From positions 512,001-576,000 of the forward strand of contig CAVXGR010000018.1 of NCBI GenBank assembly GCA_963761335.1: a DNA stretch of 64,000 bases, read 5' to 3'. Both the position numbers and the translations under genes were made by a program. The stretch is from an uncultured delta proteobacterium (GTDB lineage: Bacteria > Desulfobacterota > Binatia > HRBIN30 > BPIQ01). The notes under the pieces are model-generated. The model was not told the DNA's origin, did not search any database, and was given only the letters and a program-made list of their open reading frames with translations. Positions 47,225 to 56,776 of this stretch are shown piece by piece (the first letter of the stretch is position 1; every line of letters starts with the position of its first letter).

Positions 47225-48358
47225 ATGACCTCTCCTCAACTGTCTCCGGTCGAGCCGCGCACCGCTCTCGAGAGCGTCGCCTGTCCGGTCAACTCGCACA
47301 ACGAGTGGGACCCTCTCGAAGAGGTGATCGTCGGCCGGCTCGAAGGGGCGACGGTTCCCGCCAGCGAGGCGGTGCAGCACCGCTTCACGCCCGCGAAGCG
47401 CCTGGCCTACCGGCTGCTCGTCGGCCGGCCCTATCCCCGCCTGCTCGTGGAGCCGGCGAAGCGGCAGCTCGATGAGTTCATCCACGTTCTGGAGGGGGAG
47501 GGCATCACCGTCCGCCGTCCCAGCGTCGTCGACTACTCCGCCGTCTATGCCACGCCGCACTGGCGTTCGAAGGGCTTCTGCTCCGCCTGCCCGCGCGACG
47601 GCTTTCTGGTCATCGGCGACCAGATCATCGAGACGCCGATGTCGTGGCGCTCGCGCCATTTCGAGATCTATGCATATCGGGCGCTGTTCAAGGAGTACTT
47701 CGCCCGGGGCGCGCGCTGGGTCTCGGCGCCTCGGCCGGAGCTTCCCGACGAGCTCTACGAGGCGCCCGAGGACGGGCTCCTGGAAGGGCCGCCGAGCCGC
47801 TACGCGGTGAACGAGCTCGAGCCCGTATTCGACGCCGCCGATTTCGTCCGCTGCGGCCGCGACATCTTCTTCCAGCGCAGCAACGTCACCAACCGCAGTG
47901 GCATCGAGTGGCTGCGGCGGCACCTCGGCGACGATTACCGCCTGCACGAGATCCGCAGCAAGTGCCCCAACCCGAAGCACATCGACACCACGTTCATGCC
48001 CCTCGCGCCGGGCAAGGTGCTCGTCAACCCGGTCTGGATCGACGGCGCGCAGCTGCCACCGATTCTGAAATCGTGGGACGTCCTCGTGGCTCCCGATCCG
48101 GCTCCGGTGAAGGACCTCAAGCTGTCCCTGATCCGCCGCGTGTCCATGGTGAGCCAGTGGGTCGCCCTCAACGTGCTGATGCTCGACGAGAAGCGCGTCA
48201 TCGTCGAGCAGAGCCAGGTGCCCATGCAGCGGGCGCTCAAGGACTGGGGCTTCGAGCCCATTCCCTGCGCCTTTCTCTACTACCAGCCGTTCGGCGGCTC
48301 TTTTCACTGCGCCACGCTCGACGTGCGCCGGCGGGGGGAGCTGCAGTCGTACTTCTGA
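47225..48358 (+). CDS. Amidinotransferase (glycine/inosamine-phosphate amidinotransferase family)
   Basis: VNSHNEWDPLEEVIVG, CPRD, FDAADF, HID, GGSFHCAT with D-H-C triad intact; alternative start 47195. Confidence 0.92.
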   Translation: MTSPQLSPVEPRTALESVACPVNSHNEWDPLEEVIVGRLEGATVPASEAVQHRFTPAKRLAYRLLVGRPYPRLLVEPAKRQLDEFIHVLEGEGITVRRPSVVDYSAVYATPHWRSKGFCSACPRDGFLVIGDQIIETPMSWRSRHFEIYAYRALFKEYFARGARWVSAPRPELPDELYEAPEDGLLEGPPSRYAVNELEPVFDAADFVRCGRDIFFQRSNVTNRSGIEWLRRHLGDDYRLHEIRSKCPNPKHIDTTFMPLAPGKVLVNPVWIDGAQLPPILKSWDVLVAPDPAPVKDLKLSLIRRVSMVSQWVALNVLMLDEKRVIVEQSQVPMQRALKDWGFEPIPCAFLYYQPFGGSFHCATLDVRRRGELQSYF

Positions 48359-48390
48359 TCGCCCGCCGCATCGCACACCTTCTGAAACGA

Positions 48391-49698
48391 ATGCCTTCCG
48401 CAAGATCTGCTCTCCTCCGCGTCGTCGCTCTCGCCGCGATCGCCGGATTGCTGGTCATCGAGAGACGCATCTGGCCAATCGCCGTCGGCGGGGCGATGGT
48501 CGTCGTCGTCGCCGTGGCCCTGTGGCGGCCGCGATGGCGGCCGCGTGCCGAGGGCCTCGAGCTGTCGCTGGTCGCCTTCGCCGTGACCCTGCTGCTCGCC
48601 GACGTCTTCGCGACGGCCGTGTGGCCGGGCGTGCGCCTGAGCAGCATGTTCTTTCAGTTCGGGTTCTTCCGGCACAATCCGATGAGCTCGCAGGTGATCT
48701 GGGGAAGCTGCCCGCGGGCTCGCTGGCGCCCGGGCAACTGGGGCCATGTGCCGCGCAATGACGACGGCTTCGCGGTGTACCCGATCGGCGGTGGCGGCGA
48801 CTTCACGGTGCTTCTCGTCGGCGACTCGGTGGTGAGCGTCGGCATGCCGGAGATCCTCGCCGACGCCTTCACCGCCTCCGGCCTCCACGGCCGCCTGCTC
48901 GATTCCTCCATGGGCGGCTACGACCAGGCCGACGAGAACTGCATCGTCGAGCAGCAGCTGCAGCGCAAGAAGCCGGATCTGGTGATTCTCGGGCTCTGTC
49001 TCAACGACTTCGCGGGGCGGCCGCTGATCACCGACCTCGGCGGCGGGACGCGGGAGTACAGCTGGGGGGGCAGCTTCGACGAGCGGCAGCAGGGGCTCGA
49101 TCGCCTTCCCCTGTTTCTGGAGAGCGGCGAGCACTGGGTCGAACGGAATCGCCAGCACCTGATCGAGAAGTTCGGAGATGCCGCCGTCTTTGACGTGGCC
49201 GACCCGAAGATCATGGAGCACTATGTGGACGGGCCCGATTTCGCCTACGGTCGCGCCCACCTGCGCAAGACGGTGGAGCAACTGAAGAACGCCGGCGTCC
49301 CCGCCGTCTACCTTCCCTTTCCGCTGAACTATCGCCACGCGGAGGTCGCCAATCCGCTCTACGACGCCATCATGGGCGTCCTCCGCGACACCGTGGTCGT
49401 CGATCTGCGGCCGGTCTACGCCAATCTCTCCAGCGACGACCTGCGCGACTTCCCTCCGGGTCCGGAAGCGGAGCGCTTCCGGGCGCGGCTGCTCCAGTAC
49501 AGCGACGTCATCCACTTCGGACCGTTCGCCATGTACCTCGCCGCCGATGCGACGCTGGCCGCAGCCCAATCGCGGCTCGGCATGTCCGGTCTCGCTGGCG
49601 GCCGGCAGGAGATTCGCCGTGCGCTGGCCGACCAGGGAGAGGTCGCCGGCCGCATGCTGCAGCGCCTGCACTCGCTCTACGGCGAGATCGGCGACTGA
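48391..49698 (+). CDS. Membrane-anchored SGNH hydrolase-like protein
   Basis: Three N-terminal TMs, LVGDSV, GLCLND, DVIHF. Confidence 0.75.
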   Translation: MPSARSALLRVVALAAIAGLLVIERRIWPIAVGGAMVVVVAVALWRPRWRPRAEGLELSLVAFAVTLLLADVFATAVWPGVRLSSMFFQFGFFRHNPMSSQVIWGSCPRARWRPGNWGHVPRNDDGFAVYPIGGGGDFTVLLVGDSVVSVGMPEILADAFTASGLHGRLLDSSMGGYDQADENCIVEQQLQRKKPDLVILGLCLNDFAGRPLITDLGGGTREYSWGGSFDERQQGLDRLPLFLESGEHWVERNRQHLIEKFGDAAVFDVADPKIMEHYVDGPDFAYGRAHLRKTVEQLKNAGVPAVYLPFPLNYRHAEVANPLYDAIMGVLRDTVVVDLRPVYANLSSDDLRDFPPGPEAERFRARLLQYSDVIHFGPFAMYLAADATLAAAQSRLGMSGLAGGRQEIRRALADQGEVAGRMLQRLHSLYGEIGD

Positions 49699-51500
49699 AG
49701 CTTCGCAGGCTGCTCGAGGAGCGCGAACAGCGCGGCTCCCGAGGGGCGCAGGCGCAGCGCCTCGCACTGCGCCGCGGCCTCGGCGGCGCCGCGCACGCGA
49801 ACCGGTACGAGCGAGCGGGTTGCCTTCCGGACGTCGGCGAGCGGAAGGTCGAGGGCCAGACGGGCGGCCTCCAGCCAGCGAAACTCGTCGAAGTCGGCTG
49901 CGGGCAGATCACTGAAGAGATCCCTGTGCACCCAAAAGGGGACGAAGAGGTATTCGCGGCTCGCTGCCGGGTCCGAAGCGTTGCGGCTCGTCGCCGCTTG
50001 CGTGCCGCGGAACGCGGGCGGCCACGGTCCGGACCATTTCGATTGGCGCGACAGACGATCAGTTGGGATGTCTTGGGGCTTCAGGGCCAGCAGCCTTGCC
50101 AGCCACAACGCCTGCTCGCTCCAATCGTCTCCTGCCCGGGCAACTGCCTGGCGGCAGCGCGGCAGTAGGCCGTAGTCCTCGACGCAGTGCTGGTGCATCC
50201 AGGCGAGGGCCGTGTAGAGCGTCGGCGGGCAGCCGGAGGGGGGGCGCAGCTCCGCCAGGCGCACGCTGTCGTCGAGCAGTGCCATCAACGGCGCTTCGGG
50301 ATCGGCGTCATAAGCGGGATATCTGAGGAAATGGATGCTCGAGCCCGAGGCGACCCCGCGGCTGAGCTGGTCGTACTCCCGCTGCTTGGCGCCGAGCCGA
50401 CAGGTGGTGAGCGTGAACGCCGTCGTGCCCAGAACCCACACCGCGATCACGGCGGCGAGCGGAATCGCCAGGCGCGGGCGGGCGCCCCAGAGCGCCTGCA
50501 GGGCCATGGCGGTCTGCGGCACGAGCAGCGGCAGAACCGCGATCTGGTGCTCCTGCGCCGCGGCGCCGTTGAGGTAGATGAGAGTGTAGGCGAGCGCCGG
50601 CAGCAGCAACGGCGACGACAGCGCCGGGATCAGTGGACGATGCCGCTGATTCCAGAGCACCAAGGGAACCGCCAGCAGCAGGGCGTTGGTCGCCGGGAAG
50701 AGGAGCAGCTGGTGCCCGAGGCGCTGCGAGTACTGGTCGACGCGCCCCACCAGGTACGAGTACAGCTGCGGGTCATGGCGGGCGAGGGCCAGGTGGGCAG
50801 CCGCGAAGAACGCCGTCCACACGGCGAGCGCCAGGGCTTTGCGGCGGTGTCCGATGCGGTCGGCGCCGAGCAAGGAGGCGGGCAGGACGACCGCCAGAAA
50901 GATCGCCTCCTCCCGGCAGACGAAGGCGAAGACGGCCACGACGCTGCTGAGAGCCAGGGCGATCCAGCCGCGGGCGCCCTCGGGCTCGCGCAGGAAGGCT
51001 TCCACGAGCAACGCCGCCGAGACGAGGCTCCAGGCGAAGGGCGTCACCGGGTTGGCGTCGGCGGCAAAGACCAGGAAGGGCGCGGTGCCGATCAAAGCGA
51101 TCGCTGCCGCAGCCGCCATTCTCCGGCTGGCGCCCGCAGCGACGGCGGCGAGATAGCTCAGCGCCGGCAGCGACCCTGCCAGCAGGCCGTTGAGCCAGAA
51201 GAGACTCTGGTACGGGGACGTTTCGGCCAGCAGCCAGGTGTAGAGCCAGCGCCGCGGCATGCCGGCGCCGATCGCACCGATCGAGTGGAGATAGTACTTG
51301 TAGTCGCAGTACTCGCCGAGGGCGACGAGCGGCTGGGCCGCGGCCAAGGCGGCACCGCTGGCGGCGCAGACGAGGAGAAGGGCGACGCCGTCGCGCCGGC
51401 GGAGACGGAAGGCGAAGGCGAGCAGGAGGATCACCGCCAGCTCGAGGCTCGCGACCGCCGCGAGCCGCAGGGGCAGAAGATCCGCGGGGCCGGTGCTCAT
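49677..51500 (-). CDS. Polytopic membrane protein, GT-C-like
   Basis: More than 10 TMs, early loop EYCDYKYY, CREE motif, soluble C-terminal domain. Confidence 0.55.
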   Translation of the reverse strand: MSTGPADLLPLRLAAVASLELAVILLLAFAFRLRRRDGVALLLVCAASGAALAAAQPLVALGEYCDYKYYLHSIGAIGAGMPRRWLYTWLLAETSPYQSLFWLNGLLAGSLPALSYLAAVAAGASRRMAAAAAIALIGTAPFLVFAADANPVTPFAWSLVSAALLVEAFLREPEGARGWIALALSSVVAVFAFVCREEAIFLAVVLPASLLGADRIGHRRKALALAVWTAFFAAAHLALARHDPQLYSYLVGRVDQYSQRLGHQLLLFPATNALLLAVPLVLWNQRHRPLIPALSSPLLLPALAYTLIYLNGAAAQEHQIAVLPLLVPQTAMALQALWGARPRLAIPLAAVIAVWVLGTTAFTLTTCRLGAKQREYDQLSRGVASGSSIHFLRYPAYDADPEAPLMALLDDSVRLAELRPPSGCPPTLYTALAWMHQHCVEDYGLLPRCRQAVARAGDDWSEQALWLARLLALKPQDIPTDRLSRQSKWSGPWPPAFRGTQAATSRNASDPAASREYLFVPFWVHRDLFSDLPAADFDEFRWLEAARLALDLPLADVRKATRSLVPVRVRGAAEAAAQCEALRLRPSGAALFALLEQPAKLQSPISP

Positions 51501-51549
51501 CCGGTGCGTCGACCGATCACGCCTCCCGCGGCGATGCGCCGGCGCGGAC

Positions 51550-52566
51550 TTACTTCCATGAGAACAGGACGGAGCCCGCCTTGAGGTAGAGCTTGCGCGC
51601 CCCGAGCGGCGAGAAGAGCACGTCGGCGATGAAGCGCGGCGCCTTGCCCGGCGCTTCGCAGCGAAGGCACAGGGGGGCTTCGTTCTGCCGCCGCAGCGCG
51701 TTCATGCGGTCGACCCAGATCGTCTCCAGATCGTCGGTGAGGAGATTGCCGAAGCTGTTGCGGCGCAGCATGTCCTTGCAGCAGACCAGCACCTCGCCGT
51801 CCGGGGCCACGGCGATCTCCTCGAACGGGCGAAAGCAGCGGATTGGTCCGCGCCGCGATGTCTCTCCATCATAGGAGAACTTCTCTTCCCTCTTGATGCG
51901 CAGCAGCCGGTTGCCGGGGTTGACGAAGCGCCGGGCGAGGGCGCCCCGATCGAACTTGGCCGTGTCTGCCGGGGCGATGACCTGCAGCACCACCCAGGTG
52001 CGCGGCGCGCAGGCGCGGATGAAGCGGTTCACCTGCTCTACGCGGCGCTCGGGGAGCTCAGCCACATCGCCCAAGTGGTAGCTCTCCAGCCAGGCGTTCA
52101 GGTTCAGCACCACGACCTCGATGCCGCTGTCCGCCAGGGCGGCGATGCGGCGGTCGTCGAGCAGCATGCCGTTGCTGTAGAGGATGGTGCCGAGGCCGCG
52201 ATGGCGCGCGTGGCGGATCAGGTCGGGCAGCTCGGGGTTCAACAACGGCTCGCCGTAGAAGGAGAAGTCGACCAGCTCCAGATGGGGAGAGAGCTTGTCG
52301 AGGATGGTCTCGAACTGCGCCAGCGACGTGGCGCGCGGCTCCAGCCGCTTGAAATCGAAACAGAAGTTGCAGGTGGCATTGCAGCGACTCGCCGCCGCGA
52401 GCACCAGAATCGAGGGGCGGGTGTGGCGCACCTCGTTGTGCGCGTACTCGGAGAGCGTCGGCAACAGGCGGCCAAAGCGCCGGCGCATAGCGCGAAGGCT
52501 GGCGCCGATGCCGGCGCGTCCGGCGCCTTTGGGCTCTCGGCTCGGAAGGCGAGCGGGGGCGTTCAT
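51550..52566 (-). CDS. Radical SAM protein with SPASM/twitch domain (BtrN-like layout)
   Basis: CNATCNFC, YGEPLLNP, SNG, CFRPF..DGEVLVCC..GNL..CLRC; ATGA overlap with upstream gene. Confidence 0.9.
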   Translation of the reverse strand: MNAPARLPSREPKGAGRAGIGASLRAMRRRFGRLLPTLSEYAHNEVRHTRPSILVLAAASRCNATCNFCFDFKRLEPRATSLAQFETILDKLSPHLELVDFSFYGEPLLNPELPDLIRHARHRGLGTILYSNGMLLDDRRIAALADSGIEVVVLNLNAWLESYHLGDVAELPERRVEQVNRFIRACAPRTWVVLQVIAPADTAKFDRGALARRFVNPGNRLLRIKREEKFSYDGETSRRGPIRCFRPFEEIAVAPDGEVLVCCKDMLRRNSFGNLLTDDLETIWVDRMNALRRQNEAPLCLRCEAPGKAPRFIADVLFSPLGARKLYLKAGSVLFSWK

Positions 52567-54404
52567 GACGCTGCTTCCGCCGCCGACACCAGGCCCAGCG
52601 CCTCCTCCGTGCGCGCACACAGGTCGCGCATGAACTGCTCCTCGTTCGGCGCCAGGGGCTGGTTCTCGCGCCGCGCGTAGGAGATCGCGTAGGGGCCGGC
52701 GCGAAAGAAGCTGCGCTGTCCGCTCTCGCGCTCGACGATCACGCGCAGGACCGGAGCGGGGGCGGGCAACACGCGAAAATGCGCCTCGCCGCCACCGCCG
52801 ACGCGGGCGATGGTCGCCTCGGCAAACGTCTGTCCGGGAGAGCCGAGGCCGATCAGGGCGGCCCAGGCGAGCAGCACCTCGTCCGAGGCGGCGCTGCCTG
52901 GCGGCTGTGCCGCGCTCTCCGCCTCGGAGTCGCGCAGGTGGTCGCCATCGATGGCCACGAGCTCCTTCTGGACGTCCTCGCGAGCCCGCAGCTCGTAGAT
53001 TTCCGCAGCGCGCTTCCGGCGCGCTTTCGCGTCCGGCGCGCTCGGCGGCAGCAGCGCCTCGAACACCTGCGGATGACTTGCCGGCGAAGCGCCGGTGGCG
53101 CGGCGGGCCCAGCGCCCGCGGCATCGCAGCGCCCCCGAGCGAACGCCCTCGTCGAAGAAGCGAGCGAAGGTCGCCTGCACGTCGACGCCGCTGCGGCGTT
53201 GCAGGGCACGCGTGTCGATCCGGCGCGACTCCGCCAGGCCCTGGAGCAGGGCACTGCGACACTCGTCTTCGGGTGTCAGTCGCGTGCCCAGGTACACGGG
53301 CTCCATGGGCGCGGAGAGCGTCGTGACTGCGGTGGCCTCGCGGAACCAGCTATGGCCGTAGATGTGCGACAGGGCCCCGGGGCCGATGCCGAGGATGTGC
53401 GAGTCCCCGTTCTCGTACAGCGCGTAGACCGGCAGCTCGGCTTCCGCCCGCAGCAGGCGCACCGCCTCGTAGCGAAGGCGATCGCCCCATTGCTGCCAGG
53501 TGCGCCGGCTGTTGCGCAGAAAGCTCTTGCTCGGCCGATCGTCGCCGCCGCTGGCGGCGGGCAGGTAGCCCATGCGCAGGGCGCCCCCGATGAGCGCCGG
53601 CGTGAGCACGTGGCTGTAGCGCATCTCTTCCTGCGGGCCGGCGGGGAGGCGTTCGACCGGCTGGTAGCGGTACACGGTGACGCAGTCGGGACGAACCCCG
53701 GAGAGCAGTCGCTGCAGATCGCTGCGGAAGGACGCCGGCGTCTGTGCCGGCAAGCCGAGGACCAGGTCCGTGTTGGTCCACATGCCGAGATCGCGGGCGC
53801 GGCGCACCAGCTCCTGCACCCGTTCGAAAATCGGGTTGGTCCGTCCGATCCCCTTGAGCACCGCCGGGTCGAACGACTGCAGCCCCATGCTGAGCCGGTT
53901 GACGCCGGCGCCGTGCAGGATCTCGAGCTTCTCCTCGTCGAGGGTCCCGGGATGGGCCTCGCAGGTGAACTCGCTGGCGACGCGAAAGGATTGCCGGAAG
54001 GCTTCGGCGACCCGCCGCAGCTCCGCGGCCGGGAGGGCGCTCGGAGTGCCGCCGCCGAAGTAGGCATTGGAGACGTCGACGCGCCCGAGGGCGCTGCCAT
54101 ACCGTTGGAGAAGAGCCACCAGATAGTCGGCGTAGCGCCTGACGTGATCTCCGTCGCGGGGGACGACGTGAAAGTACTGGCAGAAGCGACAGCTCGACTG
54201 GCAGAGGGCGAAGTGCATGTAGAGCTGCACCGTCGACGGCGAGCCCGGCCGGCCGCGTTGCGCCAGCGCGCTTCTCCATGCGTCGAGGACGTCGGTGGCG
54301 GGCAGGCGCTCGGGCCACCACCCGATCCAGGCCGACAGGTCGCCGCGCAGCATCTGCTCGCGCAGTGAGCGGCCGAACCCGTACTCTCGCGGGGGTTTCG
54401 CCAT
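52563..54404 (-). CDS. HemN-like (class C) radical SAM protein with extra C-terminal domain
   Basis: LYMHFALCQSSCRFC, YFGGGTPS, RLSMGLQSF, DLVLGLP. Confidence 0.88.
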   Translation of the reverse strand: MAKPPREYGFGRSLREQMLRGDLSAWIGWWPERLPATDVLDAWRSALAQRGRPGSPSTVQLYMHFALCQSSCRFCQYFHVVPRDGDHVRRYADYLVALLQRYGSALGRVDVSNAYFGGGTPSALPAAELRRVAEAFRQSFRVASEFTCEAHPGTLDEEKLEILHGAGVNRLSMGLQSFDPAVLKGIGRTNPIFERVQELVRRARDLGMWTNTDLVLGLPAQTPASFRSDLQRLLSGVRPDCVTVYRYQPVERLPAGPQEEMRYSHVLTPALIGGALRMGYLPAASGGDDRPSKSFLRNSRRTWQQWGDRLRYEAVRLLRAEAELPVYALYENGDSHILGIGPGALSHIYGHSWFREATAVTTLSAPMEPVYLGTRLTPEDECRSALLQGLAESRRIDTRALQRRSGVDVQATFARFFDEGVRSGALRCRGRWARRATGASPASHPQVFEALLPPSAPDAKARRKRAAEIYELRAREDVQKELVAIDGDHLRDSEAESAAQPPGSAASDEVLLAWAALIGLGSPGQTFAEATIARVGGGGEAHFRVLPAPAPVLRVIVERESGQRSFFRAGPYAISYARRENQPLAPNEEQFMRDLCARTEEALGLVSAAEAAS

Positions 54405-54424
54405 CGAAGACGGGAGCGGGGGGC

Positions 54425-55291
54425 TCAGCGCTCCCAGCGAGGAGACATATGCAGCAGGGCGCCGCCGTCCTGCGGTTCTTCCGGGACGGCGCACCGCTCT
54501 TCGGGCGTCCTTGCGGCTCGATCATCCGCCGCTTCCGGCCGGGGTGGCGATTCGGAAGGAATATCGAGTTGTCGCCAGGGCAATGCGGCGATCTCGCGGA
54601 TGGTGCGCAGCTGCACGCGCAGGGTCATCTTCGATCGTCCCGCTCGGCGCTCGCGGAAGTCGATCGGGATCTCCGCAATCCGGCAGCCGCAGGTGGAGGC
54701 CAGGAAGGCCATTTCGACCTGAAAGCCGTAGGCCCGCGAGCGCACCCGCCGCGCCGGATCGATACGCAGCAGGGCCGCGCGCCGCCACATGCGGAAGCCG
54801 CTGGTCGGATCGGTGATCGGCAGCCTCGGGAGCAGCCGCACGACCGCGGCGTTGCCGAGACGGCTGATTGCTCTCCGATACCGGCCGCTGCGAGAGTCGC
54901 GGCTGTCGCCGGGGGTGTATCGAGAACCCACCACGACGTCGGCTTGCGAGACCGCGGCCAGCATGCGCGGCAGGACGCCGGGCTCGTGGGAGCCGTCGGC
55001 GTCCATCTGGACGATCAGATCGGCCCGGCCGTGCAGGACGTGAGAGAAGCCGGCCACGTATGCCGATCCCAGACCCTGCTTCGCGGTTCGCCGCATGACC
55101 TCGACCCGTCCCGGCCAGCGCCGCCCGGCGGCGATGGCGACGTCGGCGGTGCGGTCGGGGGAGGCGTCGTCGACCACCAGAACGTGCAGATCGCAGGTGC
55201 CGAGGGGCTGCGCAAAGAGGGCGTCGAGCAGCGCCCCGAGATGACCCGCCTCATTGTACGTCGGGATGACGGCGACCAGCTTCACGCGCAC
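54425..55291 (-). CDS. Polyprenol-monophosphosugar synthase (GT2, Ppm1/Dpm1-like)
   Basis: IPTYNE, VDDASPD, GLGSAY, QMDADGSH, DPTSGFR, FRERRAGRSKM. Confidence 0.92.
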   Translation of the reverse strand: MRVKLVAVIPTYNEAGHLGALLDALFAQPLGTCDLHVLVVDDASPDRTADVAIAAGRRWPGRVEVMRRTAKQGLGSAYVAGFSHVLHGRADLIVQMDADGSHEPGVLPRMLAAVSQADVVVGSRYTPGDSRDSRSGRYRRAISRLGNAAVVRLLPRLPITDPTSGFRMWRRAALLRIDPARRVRSRAYGFQVEMAFLASTCGCRIAEIPIDFRERRAGRSKMTLRVQLRTIREIAALPWRQLDIPSESPPRPEAADDRAARTPEERCAVPEEPQDGGALLHMSPRWER

Positions 55292-55494
55292 ACCTCGGCA
55301 CTTCGATGGCCGGTTTCTGCCACAAAATCACGAGATTCAGAAGCACGGTACCAATGGCGGGAGGTTTGCGTCAAGGCAATTGTGCTATTTCTTCCTAATC
55401 GCTCTAGGCCATCGTCATTGCGCCTCAGTGACCGCTCCGCTTGGAGCGGTTCTGAGGACATCGACCATCCGTCGCTGGTCCATGTGCGTTTCCA

Positions 55495-56616
55495 TCAGAG
55501 CGTATTTAGAAAGCGCAGTAGGGCCTCGCGTTCCTGGTTGGTGGCGTTCTCGTATCGCTGGACTGAGGCCGTGGCCTCGCCGCCGTGTGCGGTGATGGCG
55601 CCATCCAGCGTCGAGGCACGACCGTCGTGCAGGTAGATTCTCCGGAAGCGAAGGCCTTGGAGCGGGGCGGTGCGGAACTCGTCTCCTTTCGCCTCATGAT
55701 CGATGATTCCATCGGCGAGCCCGTCGCCCATGCGGTGCAGACAGAAGTCGCTGAAGATATTCATGGCCGGCGGCATGTCGGGCACGTGGCAGCCGGCGCA
55801 GCCGAAGGAACGAAAAGCCGCCTCGCCGGCGGCATCTGTACCGTTTCGCCCCGGAGGCCGCAGCCCGCGCACGAAGGCCGCGAGCTTGGCGACGAACTCC
55901 GCGTCGACCTCGGGGTCGGGGAAAGCGTCATCGTCGGTCGCGCCACCGATGGGGCTGGTGACGCTGCTCTCGGAGAACAGTGCCGAGTCGACGAAGTCGG
56001 CTATGGTGCCGACGAAGGGCTTGGCCCCGAAACGCGCCACCTGGTTGTGCGGCAGCTCTCCCTGCTGCTTCGCGGAATCGACGTGTCCCTGGCCGCAGGC
56101 GGCGCGGATGGTCTGGTCGGGAATCTGCTCGATCAAGCCGAGCCCGTAGAGCGGCGGCGCAATGCGGCGGCTGACGCCGTCGGGAAGGCTGGGGACCTCC
56201 CACCCCGGTAGGGCATGGCGGCGATACGGCTCGACATCTCTCCCGCCTGGGCCCGGACCCATCTGCGCAACGTGGACGCGATCGCCGCTGCCGCCCACGG
56301 TGGGAGCCGAGTGGCAGTCGGCGCACGCCTGGTCGTTGTAGAGAGGCCCCAGCTTCGGCAACTTCGCAGTGAAGAGCTTCTTGCCCTCCTGGAACGCCGC
56401 CAGCTCCGCGGGGCTCAGGTCGTCGCGCGGCTGACCAAGCTGAGCAATGTCCTCGGGGGAAACCGTCGGCGGCGAGGGCTCCGCTTCGGCGTCGGCGGGC
56501 TCGGGATACCCGGGGAAGACCCAGTGCTCATACCCCATCGACAGGAGGCATATCACCGCGACCACCGCGAAACCGCGCCAAGCCCTGGCGATTTCCCAAA
56601 ACGTCCCGCTGGTCAT
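55495..56616 (-). CDS. Di-heme oxidoreductase (DHOR-like)
   Basis: CADCH and CAGCH, LGPLYN, PPLYGLGLIE, RTAPL.G, YLHDGRA. Confidence 0.85.
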   Translation of the reverse strand: MTSGTFWEIARAWRGFAVVAVICLLSMGYEHWVFPGYPEPADAEAEPSPPTVSPEDIAQLGQPRDDLSPAELAAFQEGKKLFTAKLPKLGPLYNDQACADCHSAPTVGGSGDRVHVAQMGPGPGGRDVEPYRRHALPGWEVPSLPDGVSRRIAPPLYGLGLIEQIPDQTIRAACGQGHVDSAKQQGELPHNQVARFGAKPFVGTIADFVDSALFSESSVTSPIGGATDDDAFPDPEVDAEFVAKLAAFVRGLRPPGRNGTDAAGEAAFRSFGCAGCHVPDMPPAMNIFSDFCLHRMGDGLADGIIDHEAKGDEFRTAPLQGLRFRRIYLHDGRASTLDGAITAHGGEATASVQRYENATNQEREALLRFLNTL

Positions 56617-56776
56617 CCCCAGCGGTCGGATTTAGCGCGATTGTCCGATGACTGTCCAGGACATAAGTCGACCGCCTGCCCGCCGTCCGGGGGAGAATTT
56701 GCCGCGGAATGCTCTTCACCCTGGCGGGGTGGTGGTGATCTCTGGTATTCCGAAGTCTCTCCCAGGAGGCGGGTCT

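Noticed and set aside
52563..54404. hemN gene symbol
   Set aside because: Only family-level motifs; the divergent C-terminus and context argue against heme biosynthesis.
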